DNA of 39,253 nt, taken from contig NC_057718.1 of the NCBI RefSeq assembly GCF_004010195.1, positions 67,192,396 to 67,231,648 of the forward strand, in the 5' to 3' direction. A program made the translations under genes and the position numbers. Shown here piece by piece: positions 12,150 to 22,934 of the stretch (position 1 is its first letter; the number at the start of each line of letters is the position of its first letter). The notes beneath the pieces were generated by a model that ran no database searches, was not told the origin of the DNA, and saw nothing but the letters and a program-made list of their open reading frames with translations. The stretch is from Chiloscyllium plagiosum (lineage: Eukaryota).

Positions 12150-12830
12150 TTAATTCCTCATAAAACTCACCAAAACTGATACTTAGCTGATTTCTGACAA
12201 AATTCAGCCCTTAGTGTTGTTATTTAAGGAGAGATGTTCTTATATTGGAGGTGGTGCATAGATTCATGAGATGAAGCGAAAACCAAAAGAATTGCGGTTG
12301 CTGTAAATGAGAAACAAAAACAGAAGTTGCTAGAAAAGATAAGCAGGTCTGGCAGCATCTTTGAAGAGCAATCAGAGCTAATGTTTCAGGTCCTGTTCTG
12401 AGGTAGGGTCACTAGACCTGAAACGTTAACTCTGATTGCTCTTCACAGATGCTGCCAGACCTGCTGTTCTTGAGGAGAAGAGGAAAGAATAAGTAGATGA
12501 GGTCTCTAGTCATTAGAATTCAGATGAATTAGAAGTGATCTTATTCAAGAATATAAGATTCTGAGTGAGTTTGAGGGGCTGACAGACTAATGTTCTTTAT
12601 ATGGGTTTCTAGAATTTCAGAATAGACTGATCCCCAGTTAAAACAGGGACAAGGAAGAATTTGTCTCCTTCTGAAGGCTATTCATTTATTAACTTCCCTA
12701 TCTCAGTAAGCATCAGTGATAGACAACTGTTATTGGGGGAGAGGGGAGGCAGGCAGATCAGATCAGCCATGATTTTCTTGAATGACGAACTAAGCTCAAA
12801 GGAAAGGTAGACTTCTTCCAACTTTATTCT
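12150..12830 (+). mobile_element. Degenerate CR1 3' fragment interrupted by a PLE hairpin
   Basis: LEFR..RSDLIQEYKIL remnant and a CR1 3' UTR (gatcagatcagccatgat). Confidence 0.7.
12279..12466. mobile_element. Fold-back PLE-terminus cassette with hammerhead core
   Basis: 51-bp inverted arms 12342-12392 / 12415-12465 (3 mismatches); ctgaggta-gggtc-acta-gacct-gaaa-cgtt on the + strand. Confidence 0.85.
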
Positions 12831-13214
12831 CACGGTTGTTGTTGTGACATTTGCATCTGAATTCATTTTTTGTCAGTCAGATTTACCAGTGCAGCATTTT
12901 TGCTATCTTCAATGCCTTGAACTCACTTGCTGCATTTGCATTATTTATTATTTAATAGTCTTTTTTAATGTTTCTAAAAGTATTTGTATCCAAGCATATG
13001 ATAGGTGCTAATATTTCTAGCTCACTATGAGAATACTGTTACTGAAAGCAATTTTTTTCTGAATAACTGTTTTGTTTCATCTAATAGCTGTCTCTGGTAG
13101 GATTATAAATTATGCTATGATCACCAGGAAATAATTCTTATTTAGACAATTTTGAAGAAATGATAAAACTCAAAAGTTTTAGCAGCATATGGTGCTATCT
13201 AAGAATTCTTTTTT

Positions 13215-14112
13215 AAGTAGAACTTACTTACATTTAAGACAAATGAAATGTAAGGCATTAGTGATATCAGGTAGACAGGATAGTGAAGAAGGCATTTGGT
13301 ATGATTGCCTTTATTGGTCAGTGCATTGAGTATAAGAGTTAGGAGGAGAAAGTGAGGGCTGCAGATGCTGGAGATCAGAGCTGAAAATGTGTTGCTGGAA
13401 AAGCGCAGCAGGTCAGGCAGCATTCAAGGAACAGGAGAATCGACGTTTCGGGCATTCCTGAAGAAGGGCTTATGCCCGAACCGTCGATTCTCCTGTTCCT
13501 TGAATGCTGCCTGACCTGCTGCGCTTTTCCAGCAACACGTATAAGAGTTAGGAGGTCATGATGTGGTTATAGAGGACATTGGTTAGGTCACTTTTGGAAT
13601 AATGCATTCATTTCTGGTCTCCCGGCCGAAAGGAAAGATGTTGTGAAACTTGAAAGGATTCAGAAAAGATTTACAAGGCTGTTGCTGGGGTTAGAGGGTT
13701 TGAGCTATAGGGCGAGGCTGAATAGGCTGGGGCTATTTTCTCTGCAGCGTTGGAGTCTGAGGGGTGACCTTATAGAGATTTATAAAATCTTGAGGGGCAT
13801 AGATAGAGTGAATAGTCAAGGTCTTTTCCTCAGAGTAAGAAGGCATAGGTTTAAGGTGAGGTGGGAAAGATCTAAGGGGCAACTTTTTCACACAGAGTGT
13901 AGTGGGTATGGAAAGAGCTGCCAGAGGCAGTGTAGGAGGCTGATACAATTACAACATTTAAAAGGCATCTGAATGGTAAATGAATAGGAAGGGTTTAGAG
14001 GGGTATGGGCCAAATGCTGGCAAATGGGACTAGATTAGTTTAGGATATCTGGTTGGCATGGACGAGTTGGACTGAAGGGTCTATTTCCATGCTGTATATC
14101 TCTATGACTCTA
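13215..14112 (+). mobile_element. 5'-truncated CR1 (HER1-type) LINE with intact 3' end
   Basis: LERIQKRFTRLLLGLEGLSY..RGDLIEIYKILRGIDRV; 3' UTR ending atctctatgactcta. Confidence 0.92.
13347..13538. mobile_element. Young fold-back PLE-terminus cassette with hammerhead core and 17-bp TSD
   Basis: 67-bp inverted arms 13389-13455 / 13472-13538 (1 mismatch), 16-nt loop; TSD gtataagagttaggagg at 13330-13346 and 13539-13555. Confidence 0.93.
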
Positions 14113-14199
14113 CAATATGTTCACCTGGATCATCTGCTCTACAAAATGCAGCTCAAGACTGAGAAGCACTTGTTACTGGCAGTTTGTGCTATCATTCAA

Positions 14200-14545
14200 A
14201 CTCATGAGAGATCTGAACAGAGTAAATTAAGAGGAAATGTTTTCACTTGTGAAACATTCAAGAATGAAAGGGCACACATTTAAAGTAACTAGTTCAAGGA
14301 GCATAAGCAATATGAGGAAATCCTTTTCACGCAGCAAGTGATTAGGATCACTGAGAATGCAGTAGAGGCAAGTTCAGTACATTTTTAATAGGCAAGTAGA
14401 TGGTTATTTGAAAAGGAACAATGTGCAGAGTTCTGGGAAGAAGGCAGAAGAATGGCACTATTTGAGATATTATTTTTCAACTGGCTCAGGATACGATAAA
14501 CTGCATGCCCTCCTTCTGCACTGTTAATAGTTCCATAATTCTGTG
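14200..14545 (+). mobile_element. Older CR1 3' end
   Basis: ..R.KGHTFKV..SFFTQ-like remnant and a CR1-type 3' UTR ending in an ttctgtga tail remnant. Confidence 0.7.
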
Positions 14546-14613
14546 ATGTTGTTACTCAATGCTGCAAACAATTGGGTCTTCAATTCTGGGCAGTCTATTT
14601 CATTGTTAAAAAG

Positions 14614-14824
14614 TTACTCAATGGACCAATGCACAAGACAAAATACCTTTGGAATGTTTTCCATTTAATGACATTGGATTGGACTTTGTGGAGGTGGCTG
14701 AAATTTCCATTCTGAAAACTGATGGATCAAAAGATTCAGAAGTGCCACAATTTGCAGTGAGTGTTGCTGAAACAGCAGCTGCAGAATGTGGGCACATCAA
14801 TTACCAGCATGACCTCAAAGGAAG
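14614..14824 (+). other. Weak candidate coding exon, unidentified
   Basis: Non-repeat 70-codon open frame (TQWTNAQDKIPLECFPFNDIGLDFVEVAEISILK..AECGHINYQHDLKG) between a weak AG and aag|gtaaat; no homologue recognised. Confidence 0.22.
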
Positions 14825-14967
14825 GTAAATAGAGTTTAGGGATTCCAGGGCCAAGTGAGCAGACATGGACAATCAGGAATGAGATAGGGTGAGGGTGGAG
14901 TGGATGTCACTGTGCGCAATAGTTGTTTCCACAAGGGCAGAGTTGAGCATTCGTGGCCACTCCCCTA

Positions 14968-15181
14968 GGGCGGCATGGTGGCTCAATGGTTAGCACTGCT
15001 GCCTCACAGCGCCGGATTTCCTCCCACAGTCCAAAGATGTGCAGGTTAGGTGAATTGGCCATGCTAAATTGCCCATAGTGTTAGGTGAAGGGGTAAATGT
15101 AGGGGAATGGGTCAGGGTGGGTTGCTCTTCGGAGGGTCGGTGTGGACTTGTTGGGTTGAAGGGCCTGTTTCCACACTGTAA
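14968..15181 (+). mobile_element. HE1-type V-SINE, internally deleted
   Basis: gggcggcatggtggctcaatggttagcactgctgcctcacagcgcc joined to ggatttcctcccacagtcc; standard tail. Confidence 0.92.
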
Positions 15182-15369
15182 ATGAAAAAGAAAATCCTAA
15201 AGCTAACCCTACGAACCATTGAGAGCCCTTAAAGAGGGGCCATAATCTTCCAGACACCAGTGGGAGAAAATTGTTTTGTTTCATTCTGTCTTTCAACACA
15301 CTTTTTAGGTAAACTCTAATGTGCATTGTTTTATTTGAACATTGCTAAACATAATCATTAATGAAGTTG

Positions 15370-15650
15370 GCCCAACCATCTTCAGCTACTCCATCAATGA
15401 TCTTCTATCATTAGATGAAAATGTTTGCTGACGATTGCAGAATGTTCAGTACCGTTCATGGCTCTTCAGTTACTGAAGCAGTCCATGTCCAAACGTTGCA
15501 AGATCTGGACAATAGTCAGGGTTGGACTAACAAGTAGCAAATAGCATTCTATCACACAAATGCCAGACAATGACCATCTCCAACAATAGACAGGCTGACT
15601 CTCTTGACATCACCATCACTTAATTTTCTCACTTTTTACATTTTGGGGGC
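15370..15650 (+). mobile_element. CR1/L2-group LINE RT fragment
   Basis: GPTIFS..INDL and MFADDCRMF..QDLDNSQGW motifs. Confidence 0.8.
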
Positions 15651-15651
15651 T

Positions 15652-15892
15652 ACTGGCTTAGGTTACCATGAAACTCCCACCTTCTCAACCTGACGCCTCC
15701 CTTGAGGCGTGGCGACCCTTAGATTAAACCATCAATGTTCAACTCTCTATCAAAAGGGAGAACTGCCCTGTGATTCTCTGGGACAACGGTCGCTGTAGAT
15801 TTGTGAGTTGGTTAGCTCATTTGGCTGGACGGTTGGTTTGTAATGCACAGTGATGTCAACCGCGTGGGTTCAATTTCCTTACCAGTTAAAAT
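15652..15892 (+). mobile_element. Unclassified tRNA-headed SINE pieces (body followed by head)
   Basis: A-box ggttagctcatttgg and B-box gggttcaatttcc at ~15810-15878; the body-type sequence (ggttaccatg..ttaaacca..) lies upstream at 15655-15792. Confidence 0.55.
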
Positions 15893-16150
15893 TATTGCTC
15901 CTCTTGACCCTTCTGACCTGCCATCCTGCAACTCTTTGTTACCTTTAGAATAAGTGTGGACTTATTATGAAAATGTAATGTACTATTTCTCAGAAAATGA
16001 GAGAATGGAAAGGTCTACAAAATTAATCACAAATTGAATATTAATTTTAACTTTAAAGATTGGAAATAATGACCAAACCTACTCACCAATCAACTGTGTT
16101 CCCCACACTTATGATGTCATGTCATTGTTCATCTCAGTACAGATAGATTT

Positions 16151-16211
16151 TACCACCGATGGGACTTTAACCCACAATCTGTGGCTTAGGAGGCCAAAGC
16201 CATATCCATTA
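16151..16211 (-). pseudogene. tRNA-Arg(CCT) pseudogene, 5'-truncated
   Basis: Reverse complement taatggatatggctttggcctcctaagccacagattgtgggttaaagtcccatcggtggta matches the recalled vertebrate tRNA-Arg-CCT (~51/61); anticodon arm tggc-ctCCTaa-gcca is intact; T-loop altered and 5' acceptor strand missing. Confidence 0.85.
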
Positions 16212-16712
16212 CCCTTTATCCATATAAAGACACAAATATGGGAAACTCCAGACATTAACCATTGTTATTTCCACTGGAAATTTGCAGAAGTGGAAACAAA
16301 AGCTGTGAAGCCAATGCCTGCCTCTCCTACTCGCCTCAAAAATGCCCAATTTATGGGTTGGAATTGAATTGCACAGTGATATTTGAAATTTGATCTATCC
16401 ATTTAAATTACCTTATCAAATTTCCAAGATGCATAGATGAGGCATGATTTTAACAAAAAGGTGTTGAAGACCAAAACCTGCTGACTTTCTAAACTGGGAA
16501 CTAAATCTTGAGTTTCTTTCTTGGAAGGAGCCATACCAGATAATACGGGCAGGAAATTCTCCAGTCTTCTGTGGGATTGACCTCAGCACATTTTAATTAC
16601 TGTTTAATCAAATGAGTGTATAATGTGAATACAACAGGCAATGATTAAATTTATTTTATAAGAGTAGACAGAAGAGTGAGTTAACTTGATGAAGATGCAA
16701 TAAATTGTGAAG

Positions 16713-17613
16713 NNNNNNNNNNNNNNNNNNNNNNNNNNNNNNNNNNNNNNNNNNNNNNNNNNNNNNNNNNNNNNNNNNNNNNNNNNNNNNNNNNNNNNNN
16801 NNNNNNNNNNNNNNNNNNNNNNNNNNNNNNNNNNNNNNNNNNNNNNNNNNNNNNNNNNNNNNNNNNNNNNNNNNNNNNNNNNNNNNNNNNNNNNNNNNNN
16901 NNNNNNNNNNNNNNNNNNNNNNNNNNNNNNNNNNNNNNNNNNNNNNNNNNNNNNNNNNNNNNNNNNNNNNNNNNNNNNNNNNNNNNNNNNNNNNNNNNNN
17001 NNNNNNNNNNNNNNNNNNNNNNNNNNNNNNNNNNNNNNNNNNNNNNNNNNNNNNNNNNNNNNNNNNNNNNNNNNNNNNNNNNNNNNNNNNNNNNNNNNNN
17101 NNNNNNNNNNNNNNNNNNNNNNNNNNNNNNNNNNNNNNNNNNNNNNNNNNNNNNNNNNNNNNNNNNNNNNNNNNNNNNNNNNNNNNNNNNNNNNNNNNNN
17201 NNNNNNNNNNNNNNNNNNNNNNNNNNNNNNNNNNNNNNNNNNNNNNNNNNNNNNNNNNNNNNNNNNNNNNNNNNNNNNNNNNNNNNNNNNNNNNNNNNNN
17301 NNNNNNNNNNNNNNNNNNNNNNNNNNNNNNNNNNNNNNNNNNNNNNNNNNNNNNNNNNNNNNNNNNNNNNNNNNNNNNNNNNNNNNNNNNNNNNNNNNNN
17401 NNNNNNNNNNNNNNNNNNNNNNNNNNNNNNNNNNNNNNNNNNNNNNNNNNNNNNNNNNNNNNNNNNNNNNNNNNNNNNNNNNNNNNNNNNNNNNNNNNNN
17501 NNNNNNNNNNNNNNNNNNNNNNNNNNNNNNNNNNNNNNNNNNNNNNNNNNNNNNNNNNNNNNNNNNNNNNNNNNNNNNNNNNNNNNNNNNNNNNNNNNNN
17601 NNNNNNNNNNNNN
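16713..17613. other. Assembly gap (901 N)
   Basis: Run of N. Confidence 1.
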
Positions 17614-17631
17614 AGAAACAACAATATATTT

Positions 17632-18185
17632 CCTAGTCAGGATGGTGAATGGCTTAGTGGGGAGCTTGCAGGTGATGATGTTCCCATATATCTGCTGGCC
17701 TTATCCTTCTCGATGATATTTGATATGGGCTAGATAGTGCTGACCAAGAAGCCTTGGTGAATTTCTGCAGTGCATCTTGTGTATGGCACACACTGCTGCT
17801 CCTGAGCATCAGCAGGGTTGAGAGTGGATGTTTGGGGAGCTGGTGCCGGTCGGGCGGGCTGTTTTGTTCTGGATGGGGTCAGGCTTCTTGTATGTTGTTG
17901 GAGATGCACTCATCCAGTAACTGGGAAATATTCCATCACATTCCTGACTCAATCCTTGCAGATTGTAACAAGCTTTGGAGAGTCAGGAGGTGAGTTAATT
18001 GCTGTAGCATTCCTAGCCTCTGACCTGCTCTTGTGGCCACTGTATTTATATGGCAAGTCCAGTTCAGTTTCTGGTCAACGATAATTCCCAGGATATTGAT
18101 GATGGGGAATTCAGTGATGGTAATGTCATTGAATGTTAAGGACAGTGGTTAGATTGTCTCATATTGAAGGTGGGCATTGTTGCAG
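17632..18185 (-). mobile_element. CR1/L2-group LINE 3' ORF2 fragment
   Basis: Reverse complement is homologous to 20867-21170 and 15370-15650. Confidence 0.78.
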
Positions 18186-18199
18186 GTCAGCACAAGACA

Positions 18200-18397
18200 G
18201 CAGAGTCACGTGTAAGCCAGACCAGCTAAGGATGGCAGATTTCTTTCCCTAAATGACATTTGTGAACCAGATGACATTTCCCAACAATGATAGTCATCAT
18301 TAGATTCTTTTCAGATTTGTATTAAATTCAAATTCCATCTTCTGCCATGGCATGATTTGCATCCAGATCCCCAATATACCACTAGGCTATTGCCTCC
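18200..18397 (-). mobile_element. Fragment of the 11049-type SINE
   Basis: Reverse complement contains gcagaagatggaatttgaatttaat..ctggttcacaaatgtcatttagggaaagaaatctgccatcc..ggtctggcttacacgtgactc. Confidence 0.78.
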
Positions 18398-18740
18398 TAG
18401 ATGTAATAATATGGTATTGAGCAATTCAATAGACTTTTAATATAGATCATTACATATTCACATATAACAGTCACAGATACTTCGGTGTCTAGGCTAATAT
18501 TAAGCTATTTGGTGACAAAGAGTTGCATGCTTTCACAATTTCTGATGCTTTGAGTGGCCCCAGTTAAGATGGAGTCTGTGCCCTCGCTGAAATGGTTTAC
18601 ATCTGTGGTGATTTTAAGGTCATAATTGATCCAATGCTGTGTGCTGAACCGTATCCTTTGTCTTTAATGAATAGCCTATTTGCTTGACTAGCTGGAGGTC
18701 AGCCTTTCAGTAAAATTGATCTTAGTCAAGCCTATCTCAA

Positions 18741-19194
18741 AGATTGAGCTATAGGGAGAGGCTGAACAGGCTGGGGCTCTTTTCCCTGGAGAGTTGGAGG
18801 TTGAGGGGTAACCTTATAGAGGTTTATAAAATCATGACGGGCATGGATAAGATAAATAGACAAAGTCTTTTCCCTGAGGTTAGGGAGTCCAGAACTAGAG
18901 GTATAGGTTTAGGGTGAGAGGGGAAGGATATAAAAGAGACCTAAGTGGCAACTTTTTCACACAGAGGATGGTACGTGTATGGAATGAGCTGCCAGAGGAA
19001 GTGGTGGAGGCTGATACAATTGCAACATTTAAAAGGCATTTGTATGTGTATATGAATAGGAAGGGTTTGGAGGGATATGGGCCGGGTGCTGGCAGGTGGG
19101 TCTAGATTGGATTGGGATATCTGGTCGGCATGGACGGTTTGGACCGAAGGGTCTGTTTCCATGCTGTGCATCTCTATGACTCTCTGACTCTATG
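18741..19194 (+). mobile_element. 5'-truncated CR1 (HER1-type) inserted in the Gypsy RT
   Basis: LSYRERLNRLGLFSLE..FFTQRMVRVWNELPEEVVEA; tail ctctatgactctctgactctatg; the Gypsy frame resumes after it. Confidence 0.93.
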
Positions 19195-20866
19195 TGTGTA
19201 TGTCCTGACTCACAGTAATACTTGATGATTGCAGCACATAAAAGACTGTTCAATACAAAGTATTTCCATTTGGAATCACATCTGCACCTGCATTATTCCA
19301 ATGTGCCATGGATTAGATTTCAACTGAGTTGATATAAGTCCAGTATTACCTACATAATATTTTAGTCATGGGCAGAAATGAAAAAGAGCATCTCCACAAT
19401 TTAGATGCTGCTCTGCAGATACTTGAAGATTATAGCCTAAGAGTGATGGAAGACACATGCATTTTTAAAAATTATTCATCAAATATTTAGACCAAACATT
19501 TTTGCTAAGTCACTTCATGAGTAAAAGCTATAACTGAGGCACCATCACCTAAAAATATAATCCAAGTACAATCATTTTGGGGCTTGCTAAATTATTATGA
19601 CAAATTTATCCCAAGTCTTGCAACCATTCTCAAGCTGTTACACAATTTATTATGCCAACACAAAATTGGAAATGGGAAGGTCAATGTGAAAGAGCTTTTA
19701 CACAGCCAAAGAGTTTTATTAAAGTCCAGAATCCTGAGCAATTTTGACCCAAGGCTCACTCATGCAAATAGCATGAACGAGTGGGAACAATCATTTCTTA
19801 CATAATACCTAATTGTGAAGATGGACCAATAGCTCTTGCATCAAGATTGCTAAACAAAGCAACAAAGAATTGTGCACAAATGGAGCTAGAAGATTGCGGA
19901 ATCATTTTGGACATTAGACGTTTCCACCAGTAACTGTATGGTCAGGCATTTATCCTACCAACAGACTTCAGACTATTGATCACAATAGGTGGTCCTCATA
20001 CAGGCATATCTTTTCTAGCAATGAGCTGTATGTAGACATGCATGTTAGTGCTATCAGCTCACACTTACACAATTAAGTATTGGTAATCCAACTTACATGG
20101 GAATTCTGATGCCAAATGATTCAATAACAAACAGTTCTTATATAGACATATTTTGTTTCAAACAAGTACAGAAAACTCTGGTAACAGCAGGTCAAGTTAA
20201 GAAGTACAGTAGAAATGATCGACTACCATCAAAAGTGATGGACATGGTACTTCATGGCACAATCACAAGAACAACTCCCGAACTGAAATCATATATCATA
20301 CCGAAGCTAGAACCATCTATCTAAGCAAGATCTCTCCGACAGGAAAGGAGGGACATTATTCCAACAAATGTAAGGAAATGTGTGTTATCAATTATATGAA
20401 TATCACTGTGGCATTATCAGAATGAAGGTGATAGCCAGGGCTATTTTTAGTGGCCACGGTTCAAATCTGAAATGGAGGAGGAAGTGGCAATGTATGCAAC
20501 TTGCACAAGATCTTGCAATCTACCTTCATCTGCACCATTACATACATGAGAATGACTCAGAAGGCCATGGCAAATAATCCATACTGACTACGCCAGACAT
20601 TTTGAAGGGTGAATGTCTTCCATTCTGGTTGGCATACATGTTAAATGACCTGAAGTTGCTATTATGAAGATGACATCAACAGAAAGATATCATTGAAAGA
20701 TTCAAGGAGCTCTTTGTGAGGTTCTATTATCCAGAACAACCTATTAGTGATGATGGTTCATAGTTTACATCACAAATGTTTATGGGCTATCTAAGGCAGA
20801 ACAGAATTGAACATATCCAATCAGCTCCTTATCAACCAGCCACAAATGATTTCTTTGAAAGATTTG

Positions 20867-21363
20867 TTCCTCCTGACTCCCCATAGCTTGTCCACCATCC
20901 AGAAGGCATAAATCAGGAGTGTAAAGAAATACTGCCAACTTGCCTGAATGAATGCAGCTCCAACGACACTCAAGAAGCTTGGTACCATCCAGGACAAAGC
21001 AGCCCACTTGATTAGCACCACTTTCACAAGGATCTACTCCCTCCGCCTCCAAGATGCACTGCAGAAATTCACCGAAGATCTTCAGACAAAACCTTCCAAA
21101 CCACAAGACTTCCATTGAGAAGGACAAAGGTGCAAATGCATGGGAACACCACCAACTGCAAGTTCATCTCCAAGTCACTCACTATCTTGGAAATATTTTG
21201 CCACTCCTTTACTGTCACTGGGTCAAAATCTTGGAATTGTGGGTCTACCTACAGTATGTGGACTGCAGCAGTTCAAGAAGGCAGCTGACCACCACCTCCT
21301 CAAGGACAACTCTGGGCAGGTGATAAATGCTAGCCAGTCACCTCCCATGAATGCATAAAAAAA
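20867..21363 (+). mobile_element. CR1/L2-group LINE 3' end inserted in the Gypsy integrase
   Basis: AAPTTLKKL.TIQDKAAHLI; tail cagttcaagaaggcagctgaccaccacc..ataaatgctagccag..cccatgaatgc followed by an A-run. Confidence 0.82.
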
Positions 21364-21530
21364 TGTACCTGGAGCTTTTGAGGGTGACAGTATTTTCATA
21401 GAGAATACCATGACATTGTGCGAACCTTTGAATGTTCAGTCGTCTCAAGAGAAGACAATGGCAGATGGTGTTGCTAGTCCGCCTAAAACATCAGTTGTTA
21501 ATGGCAATGAGAAAAATAAACTGGTGCCTG

Positions 21531-21855
21531 AGATTAGATTAGATTACTTTAGATTACTTTACAGTGTGGAAACAGGCCCTTCGGCCCAACAAGTCCACAC
21601 CGACCGCCGAAGCGCAACCCACCCATACCCCTACATTTACCCCTTACCTAACACTACGGACAATTTAACATGGCCAATTCACCTGACCTGCACATCTTTG
21701 GACTGTGGGAGGAAACCGGAGCACCCGGAGGAAACCCACGCAGACACAGGGAGAATGTGCAAACTCCACACAGTCAGTCGCCGGAGGCGGGAATTGAACC
21801 CGGGTCTCTGGCGCTGCGAGGCAGCAGTGCTAACCACTGTGCCACCGTGCTGCCC
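21531..21855 (-). mobile_element. HE1-type V-SINE, full length, young
   Basis: Intact A box (tggcacagtgg) and B box (ggttcaattcc), V-domain, retained CpGs and (TAATC)n tail. Confidence 0.95.
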
Positions 21856-22934
21856 ACCAGAGGATGTGTCAACATCCTCTGGAACATCTTCCTTACTGAT
21901 TGTTATATATATGACTTTAAATATCAGGAATGTTTTCATTGCAACAATCTTTGACGTAAACGGTGGAGGGATAATGTGTGCTTGTGTAAGTATGGTGAAC
22001 TGTCACTTTAAGACTTCAACCACAATATGGAATGAGGATATTATAGGCCATTTTTGTGTGAACAAGCAGCTCTCTCTAACCTTGCTGACCTTTGGCCTCT
22101 GGTCTTCCTTGGAACTTCACTTTGATCTGGGAAGATTGGAAGTGGGGAAGTAAGACTACAAAGAGAGGAATTGCAAAAGGAATGTGGTGTGGTGAAAAAC
22201 TGTGGTATCCAGCATGTTAGTACTTTCCTTGCATGTTGTGACTTTAAATTTATAGAGATGATGATGGTTACTGAGAATATTGTTAAATTTTTTAAAATTC
22301 TGCTTCTGTATGATTCCTAATACCCCATGGCATCAAATCACCCAATAAAGGAGTTAGAATGAAAAAGGAGGCCCTGAAAATAAAAATATAATCCTCTCGA
22401 AAATCTTGGGGAGATCACAAAAAGTGTTTTGACCCACGATAGGAAATGAATCTTTTCCAACTAACTTTGTTCCATTTCTTGAAATTTTGCTCAGAATGTA
22501 TTGTAGCAGTTCCTGAATATGTCAACAGTAATCACTGCAATACCTTTACAGCCACTGTAAAATAAGTTGAGTATAAAACCATGCATCGAGCTCAATTGTG
22601 CCTTCCATTGCAGATCTTAACCATCTACCTTATCTTTTTCTGCCAATATTCATCCGTTTGATCCTCAATGCCCAATTTCTCTGACTTCTATGTTTATTGA
22701 TATCCCTTTCCCAGCGTGGCTACCCAACATGGCCGACATATCTGGGCTCAACATTTTTAATTACTCAAGCCTAGTGCCGCCGGGGGTCAATATGTGTTAC
22801 ATAATTTTTCTTCATAAAAATTGTATTTTTAAAGTCAGTGATGCATTTTTTCCTACTTTGACTTTCTGAAGCCTATTCTCTTTCTGGTGACTTATTTCTT
22901 GATCTGATTCTGAAATCAATGTATGCAATAGCCA

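Larger units (their letters stand above)
18400..21975 (+). mobile_element. Decayed Ty3/Gypsy internal region (RT-RNaseH-integrase) with nested insertions
   Basis: ICGDFKV..YPL..LFA*LAGGQPFSKIDLSQAYL (~18600-18740); PFGITSAPALFQ; YLHN for YLDD; PIALASRLL RNase H; HTDYA..PEQPISDDGS*FTS..SAPYQPATN integrase; purine tract gtggagggataa before TG at 21975. Confidence 0.9.

Noticed and set aside
13389..13538. Pre-miRNA or classical DNA-transposon MITE reading of the hairpins
   Set aside because: The arms are PLE terminal sequence also found unpaired (3728, 36353); the cassette is asymmetric and has a long TSD. Secondary processing into small RNA is not excluded.
16656..17636. 322-aa and 309-aa ORFs
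   Set aside because: Artefacts of the N gap.
9592..21855. SINE heads as tRNA genes
   Set aside because: They continue into SINE bodies and lack complete cloverleaves.
21410..22153. 247-aa ORF
   Set aside because: Chimeric read-through of the Gypsy 3' region, an antisense HE1 SINE and flanking DNA; not a gene.
22715..22790. YY1-like caacatggccg and a GC-rich patch
   Set aside because: Short motif matches with no promoter context.
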